From contig OZ316897.1 in NCBI GenBank assembly GCA_973895155.1, positions 2,929,416 to 2,993,415 on the forward strand: DNA of 64,000 bases, read 5' to 3'. Position numbers and translations under genes: made by a program. The stretch is from Marsupella aquatica. Its lineage: Eukaryota; Plantae; Marchantiophyta. The notes under the pieces are model-generated. The model was given only the letters and a program-made list of their open reading frames with translations. It was not told the origin of the DNA and did not search any database. Shown here in pieces: positions 50,879 through 62,554 of the stretch. The first letter of the stretch is position 1. Each line of letters begins with the position of its first letter.

Positions 50879-52377
50879 TATTTAAAAAAGAGCCAAATAA
50901 AATATAATGAAGGAAAAGTGAAAGTGGTCCAAAGCTGACAAATACCAAACTCACCAAACTCGAAAAATGTGCACGAACTAAAATCAAAAAACCTAAAAAG
51001 AGGAAAAACAAAAGCAGAAACCCGGTAAACCCCCAAAACCGTGAAAATCGGAAAGGAAAAAAGCGCAAACCCCAAAACCCAGAAAAAGTAGAAAGTACTA
51101 AATATTCAAAGTGTGACATGGATGTCCTTTAAGGAGGGTAAGGACGATGAGGTGATTTGTTTGGCGCTTTTTGTTGTAGGGTGGCAGCAATAGTGTGATA
51201 TATAGCATCAGAGCATGTGCTCTTACACCACCTTGGTAGTAGATAGTCAGATCCCATTATTTAGCTTTTGTGACGAAATAACTCAGTTCCTTGCATCAAT
51301 ACGAGAACACTATCCACATGTTCGTGCGTTCCGCGCGTTTTCTGACGAGACAATTGACAAATTTCCAATTGGGACTGGTTTGGCTGCCTCTTCTTGGACG
51401 TCGCAGAAATTTTTCCTGTCCTCGTCGTGCTTGATGCTCCTTACCCACTGCGAGAGTGCAGAGTAGACCGCACCCTCTCGGCTGCTTCCTCAGATGTCTT
51501 GCATGCTACAATGGAGACCGCCTGGACAAAGTTTAAGGATGGGTGGGTCTTGATTTCCGAGGCTTAAAGAACAACAAACATCGATGGGATGATGAATTAC
51601 TTCCTAGGATTCTTGACTCGGCGGGCGGCCCTTTTACCTTCCTCTGTCACCACATGGACTGGGATGATTCTGGTGGGAGATTGTGGTGTCTTGAAAGTTG
51701 GTCCTCCTTGAGAACCGGGTCCGAACTAGCTGCCGGATTGAGTGTCATCAGCAGGTTCCTGTCTTCCTGAGCAGCTTTGTGAGGTAATCCTTCGATAATT
51801 GTGCTCAAAATTCTGATGCTACTATCGTGAATTAAAGCACTGCTTCATGTTCCTCAACTTGTCAACTGGATCGTTCGATGACCATGCAAAGTGCCCTTCC
51901 CCCTCCATTTGAGAAAATGGTGGGGAAGGCGTTGCATAGATGAATTGATCTTCAGAAGTGGACAGATCTCAAGAGAGTTTGGATATCAATGAGAGTCTCT
52001 TCGAATAGTCACACTCAGAACCGCGTTAATTGTGTTAAGAAAAAATTCAAAATGCTGTGTTAAGCAGAAAAGATCGACTTTGTGGGCAAAGTATGGATGA
52101 TTCAGCTTATTTCTAACACAGGAACTGAATTGTTTATGGCTATCGAGAGATAGAAATGTGGCATGGGGACAATGTGACGCCATAGATATTCGAAGAGTGA
52201 ACGTGTGCAGTACCCCGTGCAAAGGCATGCTGATACACGGATCATGAGCGCACAGCTTTTATTAAAGAGTAATAAATCTATTATTTACGGCACAAGTAAT
52301 CCAACTTAAATTCTTTTCTCGAATTCCAATAATTCGGGACCTGTAAAACACTCGAAGATCCCAACTTCCCTCCCGGA

Positions 52378-52578
52378 CTGCTTCTCTCTCTGTCCTACGT
52401 AAAGTGCTGTGAAGGTCTCTAGCGCTGCTTCTCTCTCTGTCCTACGTACAGTGTAGTGAAGGTCTCTAGCGCGCGCTGCTTCTCTCTCTGTCCTACTTAC
52501 ATACAGTGTTGTGAAGGTCTCTAGCGCGCGCTGCTTCTCTCTCTGTCCTACTTACACTGCTGTGAAGGTCTCTAGCGC
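52378..52578. repeat. Minisatellite, 4 x 47-55 bp, in the GH3 3' UTR
   Basis: ctgcttctctctctgtcctac...gtgaaggtctctagcg starts at 52378, 52425, 52476 and 52531. Confidence 0.95.
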
Positions 52579-52592
52579 CTACATTCGGGAGT

Positions 52593-54467
52593 TTAATATG
52601 TCAATCCGAATCCGTAAGGGAACAGAGGATCATAATGTTTGTCTCCCACATTCATGGGAAGCTGGTCGACAGTTTTGAACCACGTCCTCGACAGCTTGCC
52701 TATGAATTGGTTATCACCGAAAATAACATCGGCTATCCCATTCCCTTCAGTGCCAGGTAACCACGCTGCAACCAATGCATCGACCAAAGGCACGTAAGGT
52801 TCGAAGACCACTGGTCTTCCAGTGATGAGGATTACTAGACACTTTACCTCTGGGCAGACATTTTTTATGGTGGAAATTGACTCCAGTGGAAGCGAAAGGT
52901 TGAGGCTGTCCCCAAAAGTTTCAGCGTAAGGAGGTTCTCCAACCACCACTATAGCAAAATCGGCCTTTTGCTGGGCTGCCCATCCAGGAAGTGGGGACTC
53001 TTCGTACACTATTTCTGTGTCCGGGCTGACTGCAGCTTTGATCCCGTCAAGAACGGTTGTTCCGTTCGTCGTGGTTCCATTCAACCCTTGCCATGTGATT
53101 GTCCAACCTCCAACCTGCCGACCAATGTCATCTGCATGAGTTCCCGCTACTATGATCTTTCCGGCACTCTTGCTCAAAGGCAAAAGGGGTTTTGCTGCTG
53201 AAGTCTTGCCATTCTTCAACAGCACAAGAGACTTCCTCACTGCCTCTCTTGCCAATTCCCGGTGAGAAGCTTTCCCAAGTTGGTCAGTGTAAGACTTGTT
53301 AAGGTAGGGCTTCTCGAAGAGTCCGATCTTGAACTTCATCGTCAAAATCCGAGCCACGGCGTCGTCGATCCTCTCCATTTTGACGTATCCCGACTTGACC
53401 AGCATAGTCAAGTTACCGATGAACCCTTCGGTGTCATATGGGACCATGATCATGTCAATGCCAGCAGTAACTCCAGCAAGAACAGAGAAGGTGTAGTTGG
53501 CCTTCGGTGGGCTGGTAATCCGGTCGATTCCCTGCCAATCTGAGATGACAAACCCCTTAAAACCGAGCTGCCCTTTGAGAACTTTCGTAATCAAATATTT
53601 ATTCTCATGCATTTTGATTCCGTTCCAGCTCGAGTATGAAATCATGACAGTGTTGACTCCCTTGGCAATTGCGTCGAGGTAGGGAGCCATATGGATTTTC
53701 ACCAAGCCTTTGTAGTCAATCACGGTGTTGTTCTCATTAATCCCGTCCGTCGTCCCTCCATCTCCCAAGTAGTGCTTGGCGCAGGCTGCCACCTTCGAGT
53801 CGTCCTTGAGAAAAGGAATTCCAGCTGTCTCGTTCTTGGGTTCTCCTTGAAGCCCGAGAATAATGTCAGTCATGTTCCGGACCAGAGCCGTATTTTCGCT
53901 GTAGCTCTCATAGCAGCGGCCCCAGCGCGGATCTCGGCAGGTAGCAATGCAGGGAGCGAACACATATGGAATGCCAGTTGCTCGGACCTCGAGAGCTGTA
54001 GCTGAGCCGATTCTCTTCACCAGATCTCGGTCCCTTGTGGCCCCTAGGCCGACATTGTGAGGAAAGATCGTGGCTCCAATCACATTGTTGTGACCGTGAA
54101 CGGCGTCCACTCCGTATAGCATGGGAATTGCCAGCCGCGTAGACAGAGCCTGCTTCTGGAACCCCCGCACCATTTCCTGCCATGCATGAACGGTGTCCGG
54201 AGTGGGCGTGCTGCCTCCGCCATTCAACACACTACCGATCTTGTACTCGTACACATGCGAATCGTTGGCCACAGTGCGTTCGATTTGTGTCATCTGCCCA
54301 ATCTTTTCAGCCAGTGTCATCCGACTCATGAGATCCTGTACTCTCGCCTGCACGGTCTGGCTGGCATCTTTGTACAGAACGTATCCCAGTCCAGTGGTCG
54401 CAATGCTCAACCATAGCAGCACGGCAAAGATTGCTCGTAAACTCGGTCCAGCTCCGGTCCCACTCAT
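52593..54467 (-). CDS. Glycoside hydrolase family 3 beta-glucosidase / beta-D-glucan exohydrolase, secreted, 624 aa, single coding exon
   Basis: Signal peptide; [52 protein letters not shown] (nucleophile Asp), [36 protein letters not shown] (acid/base Glu region), [19 protein letters not shown]. Confidence 0.98.
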   Translation of the reverse strand: MSGTGAGPSLRAIFAVLLWLSIATTGLGYVLYKDASQTVQARVQDLMSRMTLAEKIGQMTQIERTVANDSHVYEYKIGSVLNGGGSTPTPDTVHAWQEMVRGFQKQALSTRLAIPMLYGVDAVHGHNNVIGATIFPHNVGLGATRDRDLVKRIGSATALEVRATGIPYVFAPCIATCRDPRWGRCYESYSENTALVRNMTDIILGLQGEPKNETAGIPFLKDDSKVAACAKHYLGDGGTTDGINENNTVIDYKGLVKIHMAPYLDAIAKGVNTVMISYSSWNGIKMHENKYLITKVLKGQLGFKGFVISDWQGIDRITSPPKANYTFSVLAGVTAGIDMIMVPYDTEGFIGNLTMLVKSGYVKMERIDDAVARILTMKFKIGLFEKPYLNKSYTDQLGKASHRELAREAVRKSLVLLKNGKTSAAKPLLPLSKSAGKIIVAGTHADDIGRQVGGWTITWQGLNGTTTNGTTVLDGIKAAVSPDTEIVYEESPLPGWAAQQKADFAIVVVGEPPYAETFGDSLNLSLPLESISTIKNVCPEVKCLVILITGRPVVFEPYVPLVDALVAAWLPGTEGNGIADVIFGDNQFIGKLSRTWFKTVDQLPMNVGDKHYDPLFPYGFGLTY

Positions 54468-54551
54468 GGTTCTTCTGCTTAGAGATCTTTCGTTTCGAGC
54501 TAAATTACTTCCCTCTTCAATGTTCCTAGCTCACAAACACGAGCTAGATCG

Positions 54552-54810
54552 ACGTGGCCTCGATTCTTCTCCGGGTGCAAATGCTGCTGGGACAGCAATA
54601 CAAGATCGGGTGAAGGAAACGAGCCAGTCGAGAGCTGAGCATTCACTGAGTCAAGTCATTCGACCATCATGCTGTCACTCCGGCAATGCATGACAGCACT
54701 GGAAGATACCTGGACGTCAGTTGAGCCACACGTGATATGATCTATCAATCAAAGCTGTGCAGAGCCTCTAGCCTGTGACGACGGGTAACGTCTGATCTGG
54801 TCTACGTGCC
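54552..54810. promoter_or_regulatory. Cluster of ACGT-core (ABRE/G-box-like) motifs upstream of GH3
   Basis: ACGTGGC 54552-54558, CACGTG 54729-54734, ACGTGCC 54804-54810. These are short motifs and may be chance. Confidence 0.3.
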
Positions 54811-57582
54811 AGAATTGGCCACATTATTATTACGCACTCTCGCAATATCTGTGTCTTTCTCCCAACCGGTCAGTGATGGAGGTTGCGGGAGAATCGTGCA
54901 GATTTGCGTTTTGACAGACGCATGTGTTCGAACCAAAGGCTTCAACGTACTTATAGACTTATAGATAAGAGATCTCATACAGGTACATTTGGCTTATACC
55001 CTGTCTGTCTATTATGCGCTATACATTTGTAACAGGTACGCGTACAAGTCTCTCTCTCTCTATAACGGGTACATCATGAGCTTGTACAACGGGTCTTGAG
55101 AAGTTGTGCGTCTGCGTCCTCACTCCTCGTCGATGTGCAACTGGAACGGACAGGAGCGCTGATCCTCAATAAACAGTGCTCCGGATTCGTGTGAGTGAAA
55201 CCACTCATTATTGGTACTTGTAACTAGTACGATTGGTGACTGCCGGTGTATGATTGGCACTGCAGAGAGTGAGGCTTGCCTTAGAGCACCCGGACTAAAG
55301 AGTAGAGTATAAATTGGCTCGTCCTCCTATAGTCACTGGTAAGGGTGCTTGTTTTACTATAGTCACTAACCAATGAACTTTTAACACCAGAACGTGAGCA
55401 TTCGTACGAAGAAAAAGCGTTATTTGAAATAAAATGTTTTAAGATGGCTATGTTCTCGATTGGAGCTTTGGTTTCTCTTTATAATGGGGCCCATAGCTTA
55501 CTAACCAGGTCACCAGCATTTGACATTTGAAGAGGAATTTTTTTTAAAAGAAAATTGTCTGGCTATCTTTTTGATGTGTAACTTGGGGGTCTCCTTTGAG
55601 TCACCATGGTACAACACACGCGACTAACTATACGATCTATAGTTTGATTTGTTTTAAAGAAGACTGAGTTTTTTTAATGAAAAGAGTATATATAAGTAGC
55701 TTTCTTTAATTTATTTTAAGGACTATAAATAGATTGAATTTTTGAATAAAGGTTACCAAGAATATGAACTTTTATTCTTTTAGGCAATATTTCTGATATA
55801 TAGAAGCCTTTTATTGGTCCATGCAGGAAAGTCTCGTTCGGCAGGTGACTTCTGTCAGGATTGACCATATCCAGGTAATTTGTTGAGACTTCGATCCCAT
55901 AAAAGCCAAAGGTTCTCTGGTCCAGCAATACGTCCATCTTTATATTAGAGTAGGTCTTTTCGTGTAAGATTTCAGCTGTCAAAAAGCTGACAAATGGTGT
56001 CTTGAAGCCGAAAAAGTGTGTCTTCAACGTTCGTTCAACTCAAACTGTCAGTAGCGGTGACAGATTCCACTACTATCTTTCGTTTGCAACGTCTACAATA
56101 CAGAGGCTGCAAGACTGACGTCAGATCATGGTGCTCTATCGGTAAGTCTCTATAAATCCGGCGTAAGTTGTTGTCCCCTCCTTTGGCCTTTCCCGCTGTA
56201 CACCGTTCCTTCCAATCATTGAAACCAAGAAATGAATTGCATTACACTGCCAGAAAACAAGGGGAGTCCAACCGGGAGACAGGATCACACAGACGAAAGA
56301 CCCAATAAGCCAATCAAGGGGAGGCCACCAAGGAGCCAACAAGCCCGAGGGACCCGGAAAGCAGCCATGAGGGTATGGGAGTGATCTGTAACTCGATGTA
56401 AGATCTAGCCTGAAGGGAAGCGAATGTCGACCCACGATTTGAAGGCTTCAGTGAAATCCACACACCGCAGTGAGATCGAAATCACAGGGATTGCATCGCA
56501 GCGTACAGACAGAGGTCTCAAGTCTCAACATACTGTACACTAGTACCAGCGACTACGGCAGTAATCATTACGTTCCACACGTACGAACTTTACAGCCCAG
56601 CTGCTCCTCATCGGTCCTTTCATCTGCTCCCCGGTCCGCTTCTTTCGCTTTCTTTCACCCAATCTTGAAATCACACTTACCCTCCCCCCCTCCCCCCAGG
56701 CTTGTATTATTGCCTTTATGTTATGCACATCAAAAGGCAGAAGAATGCTGTGTAGAATACTGTGTGCTATGCCACGTTACATGTGAATCAATACCCGTTG
56801 GATGAATTTTCCATATCACAACAAACCCAAATAATCAGTGTTTAAAACTGCTACTGTTTATGTATAATTACAGAGACGGGTAGAATTGGACTACTGCCCT
56901 ACATTATGTCAGTTTCCAACTGTTCCCACGTGGACTTCCACCTCGAGACCTCTTTGGCGAGATTTGACGAGATTTCAGTTTCCAGTCTCGTGTGTTCAGG
57001 GTCGGAGGTCTTTCGCCAGTAGGTCTTCTTCCGACCGTGACCGTCGTGCACTCCGCCCAAGGTCTTCGTGTTCTTGAATCCTGTAGATTGGAGAGGGCTT
57101 GCTTGTACCATAATTGCCCAGTCATTAATTGTGTTCTAAGTTTTCAACTGGCACAGTTTTCCAGATGGGGCATTTCCAAATAACAGTTTGATCGAGCGAT
57201 CCCAACCAGATAAATGCCTGTTTCACTCTTGTCACGCATGTCTTTCATCACGACCATCCTCTTAGATCGATGTTAGTCCTGGCAAGCCCAAGTGCCAATG
57301 CAAGCTTGAGCTGGAGTGAATTCGTTCATACTTTCCCGGCGAGAGTATTTTGTAAAGATAGAGTTTATAGCTCCTTGCGACTAGCGCTTGAATTGTCGAC
57401 TTGACTGGAACTTAGAATACCGTTGCACATTCATCATGCACCTCCGGATGAAGTATTTGGAGGATTCGGTTTTTTTTTTTGGGTCTTGAAAATTCTTCAT
57501 CAATTACGCGAAGAAGACAGTACAACAAGCGAGGGAGTAAGCAAGTCGGTCTCGGTGGAAGCGCGGGACCAGTCGGCGGTCA

Positions 57583-57751
57583 GCATCTACCAGCAGTACA
57601 GTACTTTGTTGTGATCCGACTGCGTGAGCAGTGGCATGCATCCACCAGCACTGCAGTATTTGTTTGTGATCCGACTGTGTGAGCAGTGGCGTGCATCCAC
57701 CAGCGCAACGGTACTTTGTTGTGATCCGACTGTGTGTGACTAGTGGCATGC
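57583..57751. repeat. Tandem repeat, 3 x 55 bp
   Basis: gcatc(c/t)accagc...gtactttgttgtgatccgactg(c/t)gtgagcagtggc starts at 57583, 57638 and 57693. Confidence 0.93.
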
Positions 57752-59554
57752 TGGTTAGCGTTCAAAATCGAGCTGCTGTTGCCCAAACGTACGCGCGATT
57801 CCACCAGCAGACTGGTGACGCTTTGCTCTCATCGGGTCGAGCTCACCGGTCTGTTGCATTTGTTCTTACCTGTTCATATACGCTCAGCATTTTGCTCTTA
57901 CGAATGCATCGACCTTTCCTGTTGATGGGTCGGACACGAGCACAGTCCCGAAAAGCGAGTCTTAAAAGTCTACAGTGCCTGAGGGGTGGTCTTGCACTGG
58001 AAATCATGGACCCGCTCAGGGCCTTCAACGCACATTGCTGAAGCTGTTTGGTGAATACGTTGATTCCGGGAGTGTACGTGGAAAAAGGGGAAAGTCTCGT
58101 GGACACTTCCCCTTATACTACCAGTGATGGTTTAAAGCTATATCCCACCCAATTCCAGGTATGGTTGGGATTGTCAAAGGAGCCCTAAGCTCTTCCCTTG
58201 TTTTGTAAAGAGCAAAATTGTCGCATGTTTGTAAGGGAAGGACAAGATTTGACGTATCAACAAAATAGGAAATCGCATCCATGGTAGGATGTCAATGAAT
58301 TGTAAAAGAACCACTTAGTTCCTAAAGTACACAGCCTTGTCGAAGTTGGGGTACGCGATGGATGTACTTTTGCAATAGGGGTACCCAGTCCTTTGTTGTC
58401 TTTCGCAAAGATGGCGCGCGAGGCCGCATTATTGGACGGTTCTGGAAAATCCTTTTCCAGTGGATAGTCACAATTCATCCCGCCTTTCAACTTTTTGTAA
58501 ACAGATCATCCGCCAGATTTTACGCATCTGGCGTGATTGCATGGTACAGTGCTTGAATCATTATCTCCTGATTTTAAGCCATTCTCCAACTATGGAAAAG
58601 AAAATAGTCTAATAGCCATGACACTTCCGAAAATAAGCTAGCATTCCATTGAGTGATTCCAATTACGTTAGTGCTGATCTGAATGTAAGGAGAAGCCAAG
58701 CAATTCAATGGCCAACAAAAGCTAAGAATGTGGAGGTTTACAATAAGTAATCCCTGATCTTGATAATCATTCCACATAGATACTTTAATGGTGATCTACA
58801 CAGATATGTTTGATTTTGAATGGGTATGTAAGCTGAATAGTCACAAGCGAAGAGACACAAGATGAAAATGTACTAAGAGAAACTTGAATTGCAGAACTTG
58901 ATGTGGATCTTTTACGATTCTTATTATGATTCTTTTCGAGTTGTTCATTCCTTTTGTGAGAACGCTGTACAAGGTACTGATTTGTGACCAACGAAGGTGA
59001 CAGAGATTATGATGGAATCAGACCATAGGATGCTGATTAATGCATACAAAGTCAGCGTGGCAGCATGAACTCTGACCAATGAATAAGTTACTGTGCATGC
59101 ATAACTAGATATATACTGCAAAGGAAATCCTCTTTAATGTCGTCTCTATTGCCCGCTCTATTGCTCAATCTGATCATACATCGCAACATCAGGTTCGAGA
59201 TTGATATCCGGAAAGACTATTAACTAAGAAAGCCAGCCAGGAGTCCCTGCATGCCCCTTTGCTATACAAAATTCAATAGGATAGAATGCAGCAGTGAGGT
59301 CGGGTCTCGATCCTCATGAAAAAGATATCAATCAAGAGCGCAGGAATTACTAGAGGGTTGAGGTCGTGCTCTGTCAAGGATCACCTAGTTTGCGAACGGT
59401 GATAAACCTAGTTTGTCACCCACATCCTGGCCCACATGAAATAATTACAGGAGGAACGCCCGACAGGGACATCATATATTATCACCTCAAAGCCTCATCA
59501 AATGAATGATGTTCCTCAACGGCAGCTCATATATCAGCTAAATTATAGGTTTCA

Positions 59555-60775
59555 ATGTCTCGAGGACGAGGAGGGGCAGTAACAATCCGAGCGCCAAAAA
59601 CCAATTATTCAAAAAGGAATGCATACAAATCTTATGATTGGAGACCGAGAGGCCGTGATGGTGAATCAAAAAAGCCAGCCAATCGACCTTCTTGCGATGC
59701 AGCAGAACTGTTGTCGAGGAGATCAAGTCCTCGTTGCTGCACTCACCTTGACATGCATCCGGCGGGAATACCTTCCAGTTATTACAAGTCTTTTACAACA
59801 AGACCTGGGCGTACTCCGCACTCCCCAATGTCATTCCATACCAGTAGATTCTTGTGCGATTATCGACAATGTGATGCATCAGAAAAGTTTCTGTCAAGAG
59901 TTTCCAGTCCGCATGGTTTTCATGGAGACTGCAACAAATACATATGCTCAACTTCCCAATGTAATTCAGGACCGGGTCCTATTTCAGGGTCAAAATCATC
60001 AGAAGATGCAATTTGCTTGAGGCACAATTGCATGGCTCCTGGGATGGAACCGGCTGGTATCATCACCAGGAACTATGACTACCCCTTTCCACCTGAAATG
60101 CATTCAATCGTCAGGCTAGATTCGTATGTGAAGCACCAAGGTGTTTACAATGGACTAGGGCAGATTGTGAAAGAAACATTTAAGCCTCGAGTAGGGGATG
60201 TTATTATCGTTAAAATGCCACGTATGCATCCCAAGAAAGACCATGGTTATGTTGAATTCTTTACAAAGAAACACGAGGGGTGTCATTTCTGCCCAGGCGA
60301 CCTTCTTCTTAGAGTGGGGAAGTTTGTTCAAAACAACTATTGGAGGTATAACAAGAGACACAAGCTGTACCAACGAACAGATGACTATCATTGGTTATTC
60401 ATTGGTATGATTGATAATTTTGTAAACCTGTTACCAGTCACGAACCATGGTATCAATTCTGGTCACGTCGATAAGCATTGCCGTTTCTTCTTTCCCCGTC
60501 GAGGAGACATAATTGTGCACGTGCAACCACCTGACAGGGCATCCCAACTTGAATGGTTCAACCCCAAAACAAATATTTGTAAAGGGGATATTTTGGTAAG
60601 AATGTATTTGGGAGAGCCACAATCAAATGCAGACTCAAATCATGATGTGGTGGAAGCTGCAGTTGAGATTTACTTGTACTCTGGAAAAGGAATGGGTTGG
60701 ATCTTCATCGGTAGAGATGATTGTTGGTACAAAGATGAGAATGACTTACTTGATCAAGCTGCAGCGGCTACTTAA
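59555..60775 (+). CDS. Intronless hypothetical protein (up to 406 aa) with two tandem ~80-aa C-terminal repeats
   Basis: Uninterrupted 406-codon ORF. The repeat is conserved at protein level (F-PR-GD-I...E-F...C-GD-L-R...Y...W-FIG--D) while the DNA has diverged, which supports real coding. The true start may be a later Met. Confidence 0.8.
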   Translation: MSRGRGGAVTIRAPKTNYSKRNAYKSYDWRPRGRDGESKKPANRPSCDAAELLSRRSSPRCCTHLDMHPAGIPSSYYKSFTTRPGRTPHSPMSFHTSRFLCDYRQCDASEKFLSRVSSPHGFHGDCNKYICSTSQCNSGPGPISGSKSSEDAICLRHNCMAPGMEPAGIITRNYDYPFPPEMHSIVRLDSYVKHQGVYNGLGQIVKETFKPRVGDVIIVKMPRMHPKKDHGYVEFFTKKHEGCHFCPGDLLLRVGKFVQNNYWRYNKRHKLYQRTDDYHWLFIGMIDNFVNLLPVTNHGINSGHVDKHCRFFFPRRGDIIVHVQPPDRASQLEWFNPKTNICKGDILVRMYLGEPQSNADSNHDVVEAAVEIYLYSGKGMGWIFIGRDDCWYKDENDLLDQAAAAT

Positions 60776-61813
60776 GATTTTGTATACAGGGGTCCCTCAA
60801 GTATGTGGCTTTAGTGTGAAACATTAACATTGCCTTTATCCAACGAAGGAGCCTCATGTCCTTATGGGTAGCTTAGAATTTTACTAGTAGCCAGGATATT
60901 TGAGACGCTTGTATATTGGCTGTAAATAATGTACTTAACAAAATGTAACGTTGAGTGTAGCGTGCATAGATTTTTGAAACCAAAATTTGTCTAATTGATG
61001 AAAGACTGAATTGATGAAAGATAAATATCTGGAAAGACGTCTGTGTTTTTGTCCATTACTAAGCAAAGTTGGTAAAACACAAATATCTGTAAAGTGACCC
61101 TCATGACTTGGGTAAACTGTAGATGGTCAAGTTAAGCAAGAGGTGGCCAATTTAAGCTACATGGGATATGAGTTAGACACTCAAACCCCCACTTAGACTG
61201 AAGGGCTTCAAAAGCTTCCCAATTAAATGCTAGATTAAATGGTTTTGCGCTCAATTGTAAGGGACCCTAGCTTGATCATTGATTTCTCCCTCATCTCTCC
61301 GTGGAACTTGACGGTGATTGACTCAAAAGAAACGCATTTCCTTGGGCTATCCAAGGCCCTGAACATTGATTACTCTGGTTGCATACCTATGGAATACTTG
61401 AAAATCAAAATCCATTCTGAATATTCCAAATCCTGCATCACCAGCAATATTTCATATTTGATTTCATAATTCTTCCCTGATTCTTATTTTGATGAAACTC
61501 GATGATAGAAAACTAAGAATAGGTATTTCTGAGGGCTTTGGAATACACCAGGGTTTATTTGCTCTCATGTCCTTGGTTTTCAGTTATGCTATCCCAAGCA
61601 CTATCCGACATTTTCTAACCATGAGCAATCTCCCCTAAGTACTCCTGACTTTAATGGGAGCTGAATCCATCATCAGAGTTTTATATCCAATCCTGCCAAA
61701 CGAGACAAGTCTCTTTTTACAAATTGACTTTTGGAGGGAATCCATGATAGTTTGTAAGTTTTTTGGGCAGTGCAATAATGTGAAATAGGGCAGACTATAA
61801 TATTATGTATGTA

Positions 61814-62240
61814 CTAGCCCGATGCCTGTGCGTAGCACCAAAGATGTTGAGGACTCGAAGAAAGACGTCGAGATCAGGAAAATATGTTGAGGTGCAAAAA
61901 AGATGTTGACAAGAGAAAATATGTTTTGAGGTTAGAAAAAGATGTAAAGATGAGGAAAAGATGTTGTGGTGAGATAAAGATATCAAAGTGCGAAAAATGA
62001 TGAGATGAGAAAAATATAAGATGTCAAGGTGAGGAAAAGATGTCAAGCCAGGTGAGGAAAAGATGTCAAGCCAGGTGAGAAAAAATTTCCAAGGAAATAA
62101 AAAGATGTTAAGGAGAGACAAGATGTTGAGAAAAACAAGTTATGGTGAGATATGTCAATGTGAGAAGATATGGCGAGATATATTATTTAGAAAAAGATTT
62201 CCAAGCAAGATATAGATGTTGATGAGAGATGAACATGTAA
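61814..62240 (-). mobile_element. Helitron family A, 3' end (5' boundary not found)
   Basis: a|ctagcccgatgcctgtgcgtagcac followed by aagatgtcaaggtgag-type repeats, as at 48361. Confidence 0.72.
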
Positions 62241-62372
62241 AAATTAGAAATATATTCACCCATTACCCAATTGGTGGACATTTAAAATGGCCATTGACCC
62301 TCTTCGCCATGAAATAAGTAATGTTTTCAAGTTGGGTAGGGTATGGGCAGGCTCAGGGCAGCTTGGGCAGAA

Positions 62373-62554
62373 AGTTAAAATAAAAATTAGTGTATGGGTA
62401 AATCTCTTGATGCTAAAAAGTTGTTTTATGATCATGGGCTAGAATTTGCTCCTTTGTGTTTCTAGTTAAAATAAAAATTAGTGTATGGGTGTATCTCTTG
62501 ATGCTAAAAAGTTGTTTTATGATCATGGGGTAGAATTTGCTCCTTTGTGTTTCT
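62373..62554. repeat. Near-perfect tandem duplication, 2 x ~91 bp
   Basis: agttaaaataaaaattagtgtatgggt...gctcctttgtgtttct occurs twice. Confidence 0.92.

Noticed and set aside
51260-51910. Minus-strand coding-like frame starting MEGEGHFAWSS
   Set aside because: About 6 stops in about 215 codons is not clearly below chance, and no motif was recognised.
52378-52578. miR156/miR529-like sequence (gacagagagagaagcag) in the GH3 3' repeat
   Set aside because: Low-complexity partial resemblance only, no hairpin, and the wrong orientation to be a target site in the GH3 mRNA.
58106-58240. Possible 135-bp MITE (cttccc...gggaag, gaca duplication)
   Set aside because: The TIR and 4-bp duplication are too short to distinguish from chance with a single copy.
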